The translations under genes and the position numbers were made by a program. The notes below the pieces were generated by a model. That model was not told the origin of the DNA. It saw only the letters and a list, made by a program, of their open reading frames with translations, and ran no database searches. This document shows, one piece after another, positions 14,909 to 28,543 of a DNA stretch of 64,000 nucleotides (position 1 is the stretch's first letter; every line of letters begins with the position of its first letter). The DNA lies in NCBI RefSeq assembly GCF_009914755.1, contig NC_060926.1; one strand, 5' to 3'. The stretch comes from the human T2T-CHM13v2.0 reference genome, Homo sapiens.

Positions 14909-16144
14909 CCCGTAGCTTCCCCAGCTACAGCTGTTCAGCAGCGTCTAAGACGTTTTCCAAATTTGTTCTGTGAGGAACTGGACGTGATGCATTAGTGCCC
15001 TGGAAGGCACGGAGCCGTCATCTGTGGGTCTTCACCCCTTTCTCCCCTCTTATGTCTGATTCTTGCAGAAAACAAGAGCCGTTCGGCACTGGCTGCACAG
15101 TGCCCTCAATTGGAAGGGAAGAGGGCAGCGCTGGCTGAGAGGGCAGAGGAAGCCGGGACACCTCCTGGAGGAGGGAACACTCTCTGGGTTCTGGGGTTTA
15201 GGGAATTAGATAGCAAAGCCCTGTTCCAGGTTCCTGCAGGAGCTCCCACTGCTCCTCCTGGGGGCCGGAGTGGCATCCACAGGGCTCTCGGGGCAGCCAG
15301 GATTCCCTGTCTGTGGCCGGCCACCGGGCTGATGGCCCCTGAGTTGACCCAGGCACCCTGCCTTGCCAGGACTGATGCTGAGCGCTGTTTGCTGGCTACT
15401 GAGTGAGAGAAACAGCGCACCACGGTGACTGTCAGGTGGAAGCCTGGTGAGGCCTGGGCAAGCGGGCAGCTGCAGCTCCAGCCCCAGCAGCACCTTGAAG
15501 CCCCTCGGCCCGGTGAACACATGTGGGCCCTGGCAGCCACCTGCCCCATAGTTCTGTGGGGGTCAGCAGTGCGTGCACCTCCCTTCCAGATGCTCTGCTC
15601 CTGGGGCGTCTCGCACTTGTCTGGGGCTCAGTTTACTCCCATACAGGCGAGGAGCTTGGGTACAAACACCTCTGCCTCCACACTACCCCTCCCATGTGGG
15701 TACCCACTGTCACGCAGTCCCCACCCTGCAGACCCTCCACCGGGCTTCATGGAGGGGAGTCTGTGTTAATAGCAGGCACAGTGAAGGCGCACGGGGCCTT
15801 TCTTTGTACCTGGTTAATTCAGCAGTGTAGGATTATGCTTGCTTTAAAGCAAACGTGAGGGGCTATAAACACTGGGCCTGAAGTCAGAACCATTACCCTG
15901 ATTTTATTCCCATAACTTCCGAGGAGGAGACCTATTGTGTAGACTGCAGAATCTGATCTGCAAAGTAGGAGGGAAACGGTTTGGTTAAGGAGAGAGCCGG
16001 GATTTATTAGGTGCTGCATTGAGGCATGACCGGAGAGCTGGCACGCGTGTATTTCTCAGAGCCCTCTGAAGCGTGGGCTGAGATGGATGAGCGCAGACAC
16101 ACAGCCTGGGGCTGCCCGGCGGTGGCGGCGGATCCGTGGCTCCA

Positions 16145-16160
16145 TACTGCCATCTAGTGG
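16145..16160 (-). promoter_or_regulatory. CTCF motif CCACTAGATGGCAGTA
   Basis: Exact match to the CCASYAGRKGGCRS core, in CpG-rich unique DNA. Confidence 0.8.
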
Positions 16161-16269
16161 GAAAAGAGGACGAGGACGGCGGCGCCCACACAGGCGCGGG
16201 GAGGTTTGCAGAGCCAAGGAGGGCGCGCAGGCCGCGGATGCTTGCGGGAATTCTTTTGGATGGGGGGGT

Positions 16270-16370
<101 letters not shown>

Positions 16371-17451
16371 GGGAGACGAGTTAAAGGCGTAGAAAGGACA
16401 AAGAGCAGGCGGGAGCAGGAGGCAGAGGCCGAGGTGTCAGACTCTTCAGAAAGCACCCGGCCTCGCTCCGCGTGAGTTCTCATCCTCAGTGGCACCCACG
16501 TTGTGTCCCTGCGGTGACAGCAGCCACGTAGACCTGACGACCGAAAGAGCAGTCAGGAGAAAGAAAGGTCACTTTGGCCGTTGATGGCAAAGACGAACTC
16601 TGGATGGAGGCTGGGCCAACCCCATGCGGAGCTCCATCGGCCGGGGAGGCGGGAAACATGCCCGGCGTTTCTTCAGGGGCAGGACGAGATCCCTGACAGA
16701 TGTCGCGTGGCTCTCAATCGTCCTTATTCGCGGGCAGCTATTCATCCGGATGCTCCTCCCTTAGGCCTGAAACTGCTCTCGCGCTCTGCCCACGCCGTAG
16801 AAGGCAACTCAAGGTCACTGCATGGAAACCGTGCCCTTCGCTTCCCCTGTGGGCCCATCAGGGTCTGTGGCCGGTGAGGGCTGAGGTCACCAGACGCAAC
16901 CCGGCTCAGCTCAGCAGTTCGGAACCAAGAACCACACGTTTCTTAGTTGCAAGCAGGAAAATCGCAGTCGGGCTAATTTAAGCACAAAGGGAATTTGTTG
17001 AAAGCGTTTTGGGAGCTCGCAGGAATTCTGGGAGGCCCGGAGCCCCGCCTCGGTGCGTGTGGAAGGGAACAAAGCCCATGGATTGTGCCGCCCACCACGA
17101 CCTGCAAGGGCCCCTCGGCTGCCAGCAGCAGGTGCGGGTGGTTGCTAGGCTGCCCGCTGTTGCTATGGAAGCGGCTGTGCTGCTGTGTTTGCATTTCACT
17201 AGCTTCCTGTGCAGAGCCTGGGGGCCGGTCTGTCTGGTACCTAGAGCTGGGGGCCATTTTGTGGGCCTGCACAGGTTGTGCACTGCACAAATCCAGAGCC
17301 ACTATTCATAGAGCTACAATCCGCACAATTCTACATGGAAGCTTTGTAGGCGTCCATGCCTTAGATACAAAGGAGGCTGGGAAGCACATATTTTTCCATT
17401 TCTATGGTGGGAAGAAAATGTGTTTCCTAAGGATGGAGATATCCCAAACAG

Positions 17452-18255
17452 CGTATATCAGTTAGCTTTTGTTGTGTAACAAACCACCCCAAAACTTTGT
17501 GATTTTTTTTTTTTTTTTTTTTTTTTTTGGAAATGGAGTCTCGGTCGTTTAGCAGGCTGGAATGCAGTGGCGTGATCTCGGCTCACTGCAGCCTCCCGGT
17601 TCAAGGGATTCTCTTGCCTCAGACTCCCAAGTAGCTGGGACTATAGGCGTGTGCCACATGCCCGGCTAATTTTTTGTGTTTTAGTAGAGATGGGGTTTCA
17701 CCGTGTTGCGCAGTCTGGTCTTGAACTCCCGAGTTCAGGCAATCAGCCTGGCTCAGCATCCCAAAACGCTAGGATTACAGGCGTGAGCCACCACGCCTGG
17801 CCAAAACTTAGTGATTTTAAATAATAACCATCCATTTAACCATTAATCTTAACTCTGTAGTCAGCAATTTGGACTGAGCTAAGCTGGGCAGTTGTTATGG
17901 TCTTGGCTGGGCTCACTCTGGTGTCTCTGGGTAGCTGGTGGGGTGGCTGGTCTCCAGTGCATCAGCTGGGAGGCCTGTCTGCAGCCTGCAGATTCTCACT
18001 TCAAGTAACTGGCCTGAACATGTCTGCAGGGTGGCAGCAGCATTTTGGCGCTGCTTCAAAAAGAGTGGGTGCACACGGGGCCCCCCGAAGCCTCCACTCA
18101 GAGCTGGAGCATCACTCTGTCTCCTTCTGTGCCCCAAGTTGGTCATGAGGTGAGCCCAGGGGTCAGGAAATAGACTCTGCCCATGATGGGAGAAGCTGTG
18201 GAGTTCCATTGCACAGGGGTGTGAGGGACTGTGGCCACGTTTGCAGTTTGCCACT
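17452..18255. mobile_element. MLT1-type MaLR LTR split by an Alu
   Basis: tatcagttagcttttgttgtgtaacaaaccaccccaaaact start; ttgcagtttgccac end. Confidence 0.65.
17503..17802 (-). mobile_element. AluS
   Basis: Poly-T plus dimer; TSD aaaactt(t/a)gtgatttt. Confidence 0.92.
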
Positions 18256-18819
18256 TGTGTGAAGGAAGTTCAGATGTGGCCAGAATCAGGACAGACATCC
18301 ATTGTGGCAGGGTTTGGAGAGGAGAGGGAAGGCCACTCCAGGTGACCGGCAAAGACTGGGCATGTGTTGAACTGAAGGCCTGGTGGCCCAAGTGGACCTG
18401 CGTCCTGCCAGCTACGATCCAGCCCTTGCCGCTTTCCCTGAAGGTGTGTCAGGCACTGTGAGCTGGGGTAGGTCCTTCTGCTAAAAAATTCCATCACAGT
18501 TTGTTGGGGGATTGTGGCAGCAGTGGGTGTCGAGAAGACAGTTTCTGGCATTGCTCTTGGGCTCAGGTACCACGAGGGTGCTGCCAGACCACACCGAGAT
18601 GCTCTGCTCATCCTTGATGACCTCAAGCTCACCTCGTTTCCCTCATCCCGTGGGCCATGATGGTGCATGGCAGAGCTGAGGGAAGACTCTGGTGAGGGCC
18701 AAGCCTATTCCAACATGTCCTGTGTATCTTTCCCGCTCCTGCTACCCCTGTGCTGCAGCCCTCAGTCTTATTCTAAGCCTTTCTCATCCCTCATCCCCCA
18801 TCAGGCTTCCCTGCTGGGG

Positions 18820-19430
18820 TTTATCATCTATGGCTGTGTAACGAATTATCCCACGATTAATAGATCTTAGCTTGCATGGTTCCTGTGACCCAGGAGCTTG
18901 GGAGCAGCTTTGCTGGGTGGTTCTGTCTCAAGGAGTCTCAAGAGATTGCACTCAAGATATCTGCTGGTGCCACGGTCTCATCTGAAGGCTTGACTGGGCC
19001 AGAGGATCAGCTGCCAAGGTGGTTTGCTCACATGCCTGCGAGTTATTGCTGGCTGTTGGCAGGAGGACTTGGATCCTGCCATGTGGGCCTCTCTAGAGGG
19101 CTGCTGCATGACCCTATGACAAGGCAGCTGGCTTCCCTCCATGTGAGTGATCCAAGAGCCCTTGATGGGAGAACCTGCAAAGTCACATTGTAAAGAGGTG
19201 TGAGCGTGAGGAGAGGCGGTGGACTGCGACTGTGGCTGCATCCCCCACACGGGAGGAAAAGCAACGGCTGCAGTGGCTTTGATGGCGCAGCCTCGGAACC
19301 ACGCTCTGCCATTTCTGTAAGGCCCTGCTGGTTGCACTGGGTGGTCCTGCTCAGCATGGAAGGGATTTACCAGCGTGTGAGTGCCAGGAGGTGAGGATTG
19401 CTGGGGCCGTCTAGGAGGCTGCCCAAGCTT
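18820..19430. mobile_element. MLT1-type MaLR LTR
   Basis: tctatggctgtgtaacgaattatccc...ggattgctggggccgtctaggaggctgcc. Confidence 0.6.
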
Positions 19431-20376
19431 GCTCCTTAGGGTTGTGCTTTTTCTAGATGAAAGCTAGTTCATCTGACCCACACATTCAGGTTATCATCTG
19501 ATGGAAGCTGAAGAGCTCAAGACACACTCCCTGAGCACTTGTCACGAGCCAGACACTGCCAGAAGCTCTGGGATGACACAGTCAGTGCGTGTGACTCTCA
19601 GTGAACCCTCAGGTGTGCAGGAAACGTGACTGTCTTTTCTGCGTGTTTCCCTTCAGCTGAGTGGAAGAAACGTATTCTCAGTCAGTTCTGGACTTCATGC
19701 CCCATTTCCCTGGGGTCATGTCACAGACAGGGCATTTGCAACTCTGCCTGGAAGGCGCAGAAAGAGGACCGCATGACTGTTTTCAGGCGAAGGTTGCCAT
19801 GGATAAAGAAGCGCTTTGCATTGGCTGTGTAATGCGGCACAGCAAGTTAGCACGAATTAGAGGCTTAAAGCAGCATCCGTGACCTCCCTGTGTCTGTGGT
19901 CAGTGCCTGAGCCGCTCCCTGGACCCTCTCTCAGCCTGCAGTCGAGGTGTCCGTGGGCTACTCTCCTCCCTCTGCGGACAGGAACTGCTTCCTCGTGCAC
20001 TCCCCAGGTCACTGGTGGGGTCAGCTCCGTGCTGGCTGCTGGCCTCTCTGCAGGGCAGGTTGCGCCATGACAGCTGCTCCTTCAGGGCAATAAAGGAGAA
20101 AAGGCAGGGGCAGGGGTCAAGACGTAAGTCACAGGCTTCCGGAACTTCACCTGGAAAGTGACACCCATCACCTTTGCTGTGTCCTGTTCACCAGAAGTGA
20201 GCCACTGGGCTCCACCCACATTCGGGGAGAAGAATGGGGCGTGGATGCAGGTGGAGGGGGCCCAGCACCTTGAAGTTGCCCTACCCAGGCTGGCACATGT
20301 GTCCCAGGAGTGTTGTATGAGGGTGGGCAACATGGAAAACATGCACAGTTTATGTGACTGTCAAAGGAATGACTAG

Positions 20377-20686
<310 letters not shown>

Positions 20687-21529
20687 TGACAAGTTTTAAG
20701 TATTTGCCTAATTAAAGGGACAGCATTAAGGAAACCACTGGCCTCTTGCAGCTGGAGCCATAAGACAAGCCTCGAGCATTGCCCCTGAGCTCTGCCCCTG
20801 TGCTTCTGCTGGAGCCCCTAAGCGCTGCCCTGTGCTTCTGCTGGAGCGCTGCAAAGCCTGTCGCCCGCTCCGGTGGGGGATGTGGGTAGCCTGCTGTCAG
20901 CAGAGCCAGCGAGCTCCCAGTGGAATGGGGCGGGGGGAGGAAGAGGTGGGAGGTTGTTGTGCCTGAAGAGTGGACATTTCCTCAACATCAGGTCCCCACC
21001 TAGTGAGCGGGACACCCACTTCAGCCAGGGGCTGCGCAGGGGTCGGGAGGAGCCCGTCCAGGCAGCCAGCACCTCCATCATCGCAGGCTGATCTCCTTGC
21101 CTCCTGGGAGCCCAGGGAGGCCGGGGATGGCGGCATTATTCTGAGGGTGCTCCAGCCCTTTCCATGAGAATCCTCATGTCTTGGCAGGACCAAGGCAGGA
21201 GGGTTGAAGCCCCTACGGAGCTCCGAGAACAGCCTCACGTCTGGCTCAGGCCACTGCTCTGGGACCACCTCTCTGCCAGCTCTTGTTCTCCTCCCGCCCC
21301 ACAGATGGGTCCACAGGACGTCTGCTGTGCCACGATGGAAAGTTCTGTAGCTGTGCAGCCCAGCCTGTCGCCTCTGCCGCATGTGGCTGTTGGGCACTAG
21401 AAACTTACCTCATAAGACAGAGCATCCAAACTTTTAACTTCACTAAATTAAGTTGATTTTAGCGTTAGAGAAGTATTGAATTTAGCATAGCTAGTGGCTG
21501 CCACGTCGGATGGGGCAGCTAGCTGGCAG

Positions 21530-21690
21530 AGCCCTGTGCTCAACCTCTGGCCATGGCCCAGCAGCCCCAGCATCGCCCTGGAGCTTGGAGAAATCTCAAG
21601 CCTCAGGCCGTATCTCAAATCTGCAGCGTCAGAATCTGCACTTTAACCAGCTCGTAGGTGATTTGGAAGCACATTAGATTGTAGGAGCCA
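21530..21690. mobile_element. MER5A-like hAT fragment
   Basis: cagcatcgccctggagcttg...tcagaatctgcactttaac...ggtgatttg. Confidence 0.55.
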
Positions 21691-21695
21691 GCTCG

Positions 21696-21782
21696 GTGTG
21701 GAGGGCAGAGGTCAGGGTGTGGAGGGCAGGGGTCAGGGTGTGGAGGGCAGAGGTCAGGGTGTGGAGGGCAGGGGTCAGGGTG
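21696..21782. repeat. 21-bp tandem repeat x4 (gtgtggagggcagrggtcagg)
   Basis: Read directly. Confidence 0.95.
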
Positions 21783-22799
21783 CCTTCTTCCATGGCTTTA
21801 TCGGTGCCACAGCCTAGGCTTAGCGAAACCACGAGGATAAAAATAGGCCCTTCTGTTCTCCGCACCGTGAGCTTTGTGACTGATCCGAGGCGGCGAGCGG
21901 GGGCACTGCACTGCTGTGGCGGGGAAGTCACGGCTGACAAGAACTGCCAGGGACGAAGCCACGTGCATTAATTCATTAAAATACAGTCAGCTATGGAAGG
22001 CAGCATAGGATGTGGTTTCGTTCTTAAAGAATTTCATCTGGATGGGCAGACAGATGTGTAAACATGGACTCAAAGGCCGGGCGAGCTGAGATCAGACAAC
22101 AGGCGCTGGACGCATCCTAACTACGGCTGGGTGGCGGGGCTGAGAGACGGGCTGGGGTTGGGGGTGGGGTTCTCAGTTGGAGGTGGCCTTGAGCCGGCCT
22201 TTCAAATGGCTTTGCTTTCCTCTGGGAAAGCTGGAGTTCAGGAGGAGAAGGCCGGTCAGGCCCTGGGGAAAGAAAACCCAGGAAGGAAAAAGGAGCGTGT
22301 GGGTGATGGATCTCCCTGGGACGCAGGTTGTCTTTCTGGAGCCCCAAGGGCCCCTGTGCGCGCCATCTGCTGTGCTGGGTTCTGGTTCCAGCTCAGTCCC
22401 TCCCTGCGCAGGTGACCTCGGGTGGCTTTCCTGCCTTCAAGGCCCCAGCTGATTCATCTGCAGAGTGGATAGCTTGCCCCGCAGGGTGGCTGTGGTGAAG
22501 CAAGGCAACGTCTGTTACTGCATGTCGAAGCCGGGCTCAGCTGTTTCTTTCTGCATGGAAAGTTCTTCTGCAGACAGTGGGGCCTTTGAAGGCAGGCGGC
22601 ACGTGTTGTTTTGTATGCCACGGGCCTAGCATCCACTTGGCAAGGTGCCCTTTCTTAAGCATCTGTGGGCTTCTTTAAATTCCATGAAAATTTTGTGTGT
22701 ATTTACTTTTTCTGGGGCTGAGGGGCTCTAGCCAAACCCTCCCAAGGGCCCCTGTCTTCTCTAGTAGGTCAGGACCCACTGCTGGGTGTGCTCAGTGTT

Positions 22800-23120
22800 T
22801 TCTGAGTTAATGATGATTAGTGAATAGGTGACGTCTAGAGATAAAACTTTAAGTCAGGTTACTGGCCGGACCAGGAAGGTGGGGGTTTCAGGCCCAGGCC
22901 AGTGGCCGGAGGCAGCTTTGTTAGGGACAGGGAAGGGCCCTGGGACCAGCAGGGACCATGTCTGGCTTCGGGCCTTGTGCGAGGGTCTTGCAGAGGCCTG
23001 CTTGGCTTCTCCGGGGAGGGGCTGCTCCCCCTGTTACTTCCATCTCTCTGCAACCCTTGTGACATCATACAGGCACAGCCAATCTCTGCAAAGTTCTGTC
23101 TCTACCTCAGGCCCCTATAC
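22800..23120 (+). promoter_or_regulatory. Putative ALLC proximal promoter with CRE-like sites TGACGTCT (22829-22836) and TGACATCA (23060-23067)
   Basis: Motifs seen directly; promoter role inferred from the position of the putative exon 1. Confidence 0.45.
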
Positions 23121-23215
23121 ATTCTCTCTGAGCTGGCACTCAAGCACCGTGGGACCTTGGCTGGCTTCTGGGGAGCAAGAGATCCATTTATGAATACTTG
23201 ATTTCTGACTGCTGG
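23120..23215 (+). other. ALLC: Probable non-coding first exon (5' UTR) of ALLC; start approximate
   Basis: Donor TGG|GTGAGC at 23216 in unique sequence; spacing from COLEC11 and sequence agree with my recollection of the ALLC mRNA 5' end. Confidence 0.6.
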
Positions 23216-23299
23216 GTGAGCTGGAGTGTGGTTTATAAATACCTTGCTATCTTTAAGGTGGGCTTTGCCAAAAGAATAGGGTGACAGAGATGAATTTCA

Positions 23300-23878
<579 letters not shown>

Positions 23879-24937
23879 CTAAATGTAAATATATACCAAG
23901 AGTTGCCGGTAGTCAGGAGTCTCGTGCAGTTGACCTTGGGCTGCTCAGAGTCTCTGCTCAAGGTCACTCTAATTTTGTCCCAAATTTGAACAAACCACTT
24001 TTATTATTTCACCATAAATCTCATACTTTTGGCCAAAGGCTTCTTCGGAACTTATTGACAGCGATGACAAAGCCCCTGAAGGTTTTCTTCTTTACGAGGG
24101 AGTAACTCTTCCATCAGCACAGCCTTCCCTGCTTGTCAGAGGAAGGTCTCTCTTTCTTGTGCTTCCTAGACTTGCCTGGTCATGCCTTTTCTTATTTTAA
24201 GGCTAATCTCAAAAGAAAAAATAGTGTGAGCACCACTTGACTGCCTGAAATTTCATGACTCTATTTTAGAGAGTCATTGCCTCATCGCCTTGCCGTAACC
24301 CATGACAATGCTCCTCATTTGCGGTGATTAAGTTGAAATTTGCAGGTAAAGCTTTAGCATGTTCCTCAAACATCAGAGCTGACCCTGGGTCTGGTCTCAG
24401 CCACAGCAGAAAATGTATTTAAGAGCTCCCTTGAGCAGGCAGTGGGAGGGGTTGCAGCAATGAGCTCAGAAGCAGCTGCCACAGGCTGTCTGAGCACTGT
24501 GAGCTGCTGAGCTGGTGGCCTCAGCCGAGGTCGCGTGGCTCCTTCCTTTCTTGCCTAGACCTTGGCTATTTTATCAACAGAAACGGCAGGGACCAGTGAG
24601 CAGAGAGCTCAGCAAGCTCATGGCGCAAGAGTCGTGGAGCTGTGACCTCCACCAGGGCTGAGAACGGCCCCTTATACCGCCAGCTCTTGGCTGCCTGGAA
24701 TCTCTCGGGAACCTCCACGGGGCCCTGCACAGCACAGGCCACTGTGGATACTTCTGGGATTTGTGGCTGAGGAGAGAAACTTAGGAAAGACAAATGTCAC
24801 GGCCCTTTCACAGCAGACACTGGTTGGGCCTGTGCTGTGGCCTGGAGGCCCATCTTTAAACGGTCTCTCCTTTCTCACATTTTTTTATCTTAGGGGTGGG
24901 GAGACTTTTCACATAACAGCCTTTGAGGTTGTGGGGT

Positions 24938-25350
24938 GCTATGGTTTGGATGTTTGTCCCCCCAAACCTCATGGTGCAATCAGATCCCCCGTGTTGGAGG
25001 TGGGGCCCAGCGGGAGGAGTCTGGGTTATGGGGGCGGATCCCTCATGAATGGCTTGGTGCCGTTCTGGAGGTGGTGAGACGGTTCTTCCTCTGTTAGTCT
25101 GGTGAGAGCTGCTTGTTAGGAGGAGCCTGGCGTCCCTCCCACGCTTCCTCTTCTGCCCTGTGGTGGCTGCACGCCGGCTCCCCTCACTTCCTACCAGGAG
25201 TGGAAGCAGCCTGAGGCCCTCGCTGGAAGCATATGCTAGCGCCGTGCTTTCTGTACCGCCTGCAGAACCATGAGCCAAGTAAACCCCTTTTTTTAATGAA
25301 TTGTCCAGCCTCAGGCATTCCTTCACAGCGACACAAATAGGCTAAGACAC
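24938..25350. mobile_element. MSTB-like MaLR LTR
   Basis: tgctatggtttggatgtttgtccccc...ggctaagaca termini. Confidence 0.8.
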
Positions 25351-25406
25351 TGGGAGAACACAGAGAATAAATTTTGCGATATTTGGGGAGATGATGCTGC
25401 CTTTAC

Positions 25407-25962
25407 TGTTATTATAAATAAAGTTTCGGTGCCGCCAAAGAAACAGCCCTTGAATATCAATTTTTTTTTTCTTCTCGGCAAGACCATTTACTGCTATAGA
25501 AGGGTGTGCCCTCACAGATGGAGCAATGGCGCACACCTGGACAAGGGAGGGGACGGGGTTCTTATTCCTGACGCACGTGGCCCCCTGCTGCTGTATCATT
25601 CCCCTATTGGCTAGGGTTAGACCGCACAGGCTAAACTAATTCCGATTGGCTGATTTAAAGAGAGTGATGGGGTGAGTGGTTTGGTGGGAAAAATGGTTAT
25701 GGCAGAGCAGGAAATCGGAATGAGTCAGGGTGGGGCAGGAAATCGGAATGAGTCAGGGTGGAGCAGGTGATCGGAATGAGTCAGGGTGGAGCAGGTGATC
25801 GGAATGAGTCAGGGTGGAGCAGGTGATCTGAATGAGTCAGGGTGGAGCAGGTGATCAAAAAAAGTTGCTTTATGAGGAAGTTAAGTTAAAAGTAGAAGGC
25901 AAATAATTGAACATACTGACATACTGATTCTTTGAAGAGAAATTTAGGACTTATATCTAACA
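25407..25962 (-). mobile_element. ERV1 solo LTR, MER51-like, with an internal 28-bp x5 array
   Basis: tgtt...aaagtttcggtgccg and tatctaaca termini, twin ATTGG boxes, gcaggtgatcggaatgagtcagggtgga units. Confidence 0.75.
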
Positions 25963-26696
25963 CTGTTTTTTTCATAATAAAGTGAGAGGGGCTGTGGTTT
26001 CAAACAGCATAGGCCTGGGGTCGGACTCATCTGCATTCACAACCTGTCCCCCTCCCTGTTCATTAGCTGAATGACATTGGGTGAGAGCCTCCGTCCCGTC
26101 TCTGAGTTCCTTAGCAATGGGTATAATAATGTGTGACTCCAAGGCTTGGAGTACGGGAGATACGGGAACAGATATGGAGCTATAGAGTTCATGCTTAGAG
26201 ACATCAGTTCCCTTCCTTCTGCTCCTGGCTCATGGTACACACGTTTTGAAAACCATGCCAGGCATCTGACCTCAATGCACGCAAGCATTTAGCTGCTGGG
26301 TCATTGGCAGAAAAGCCTCAAGCGGGGGTTCAGGGAAGGCTTTAATTAAGCTTGGCCTGTGGGGGCTGCTGCCTGGGCTGGATCTGCTGTGAAACAAGAG
26401 GAGCTTGATGTTCTAGGAGAAATGCTTGGGGCCCAGGACCATCTGCTGGAGGGAAAAGAATGAGTGTTCCCAGAGAAACAGACCAGCGCTGGGGCTGTTC
26501 CCTGGAATTCAGGTTAAGTGTCCTGGGCTTGTGAACTGGGCACAAAAGATGCTGCAAGTCTTTGCTTTGGGAAGCTGTCAAGGGTCATTGCCCCTCTCAG
26601 CCTAAACCTCTTAGCACCTCTCCGACGATGCTTTTCACTTTGGTGGTGACTGATAACTCTTCTTGGTTGTTGAGAAGTTTGGATGAAAAGCTCTAG

Positions 26697-27290
26697 GTGT
26701 GTATTATAGTTTCATGTTGCTGTTATTACAGGTCCTTAGTGTCTTACAGAATGCAGATTTCTGATCTCATGGTCTGTTTGGCAGACCTCCAGGTAGGCTC
26801 ATTGGATCCCTCTGCTCTGGGTTTCATGAGGCTGAAATCAAAATCCAGGTGGGCTGGGTTCCCCCTCAGAGGCTCTGGGAGCATCCTCTTCTGCCTTGTT
26901 GGGGTTGTGGGCAGAATCCAGCTCCTTCAGCTGGTGGGACTGAGCAGGGGCTGCCCTGACCTCCCAAGGCCTCTCTCAAGTCTCTGCCCATGAGCCCTGA
27001 ACTTCAGAGCTCAGCCATGATGTGGCTTCTTTCTTTTGAAGCCTGATTCAAAGTCACACTTGGATTCTTTCTGACTTCCTTTTCTGCTCCACAGTTCTGT
27101 TTGCAGCCAGAGAAAGTCGCCTGCTTTTAAGGCCTTGTGTGATGATGCTGGGCCCACCCAGATCGTCCAGAATTACCCAGGCCCGTCTTAGGGTCTGTGG
27201 CTTCGTTATGTCTGCAAATTCTGCTTTGCATATATGGTGAGAAATACATAGGTCTCAGGATTAGGGAGCATGCATTCTGGAGCACACCCT
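26697..27290. mobile_element. MLT1-type MaLR LTR
   Basis: Degenerate MaLR motifs (ggcagaatccagctccttcag, gggcccacccagat, ggattaggga). Confidence 0.55.
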
Positions 27291-27699
27291 GCTCACCCAG
27301 GGTGGAAGTGTGTACTCCAAGGCCCCGCAGGCAGTTCTTTGTAATTAGCACATCCTGCTCACCACAGGGCGGAAGTGTTTACGCCAAGGCCCTGCAGGCA
27401 GGTCATTTGTAATTAGCACATTCCTAGTCATGAGTGGATGCTTTAGGAATTAGTGGCTGATGAGATATACGGACTAATTTCAAGGCGCCACCTGCAGCAG
27501 AACCTATGTTACAGCATGAAGAACCCCTGATATTCTTTTTTTATATATAATTTTTATTTTACAAATGTATTGGGTATATGTGAAAGTGTGTTATGTGTAT
27601 ATGATGGATGGTGATCAGCCCAGGGCATTTAGGGTGTCCATTACCTGAGTACAATCCATTCTTCTAGCCTGCAGTCACCCTACTCTCGAAAGAGAATAG

Positions 27700-27875
27700 T
27701 TCTTGACACATAAAACTGGTATGAAATCCAAATTTCAGTGTCCATAAATAAAGTTTTGCTGGAACACAGGTGCCTTCATTCACTTATGTAACGTCTGAAG
27801 CTGCTTTGTGTTGCAGTGGCAAGGGGATATAGACCTGCAAAGTGTTTATTACTGGGGGGCCTGGCAATGCTGTGA
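27700..27875. mobile_element. MER58-like hAT fragment
   Basis: aaatttcagtgtccataaataaagttttgctggaacacag. Confidence 0.6.
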
Positions 27876-27985
27876 CCCCCAGTGTGATGGAAGAGCACTA
27901 GCTTCGGAGTCAGAGGAAGACATGAGTTCACTTTCCATGGGGAGTATGGAAACATAGTGCCTGCACTGTAAGGTGGTTTTAGCGG

Positions 27986-28543
27986 CAGAAATACCATTGT
28001 ACCCAGCAATCCCATTACTGGGTATATACCCAAAGAAATGTAAATCATTCTGTTACAAAGACACATGCATGCACCTGTTCACTGCAGTACTATCCATGAT
28101 AGCAAAGACATAGAACCAACCTAAATGCTCATCAATGATAGACTGGATAAAGAAAACATGGTGCGTATATACCATGGAATACTATGCAGCCATAAAAGAT
28201 GAGATCATGTCCTTTGTAGGAACATGAATGGAGCTGGAAGCCATCATCCTCAGCAAACTAACATGGGAACAGAAAACCAAACACTGCATGTTCTCACTTA
28301 TAAGTGGGAGCTGAACAGGGAGAACACATAGACATGTTGGGGGGAACATCACACACTGGGGCCTGTCGGAAGTCGGGAGGAGGGAGAGCATCAGTGATGA
28401 AGAATAGCTAATGGGTGCTGGGCTTAATACCTAGGTGATGGGTTGATCTGTGCAGCAAACCACCATGGCACACGTTTACCTACGGAACAAACCTGCACAT
28501 CCTGCACATGTACCCCTGAACTTAAAAGTTGGAAAAAAAAAAA
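27986..28543 (+). mobile_element. L1PA (older primate) 3' end
   Basis: cccagcaatcccattactgggtatatacccaaag...tacccctgaacttaaaag plus poly-A. Confidence 0.92.

Noticed and set aside
20791-20848. Short direct repeat ctgccc(c)tgtgcttctgctggagc x2
   Set aside because: Simple local duplication with no notable motif
23102-23109. let-7 8mer-like site CTACCTCA
   Set aside because: Not in a 3' UTR; an 8-mer is expected by chance in 64 kb
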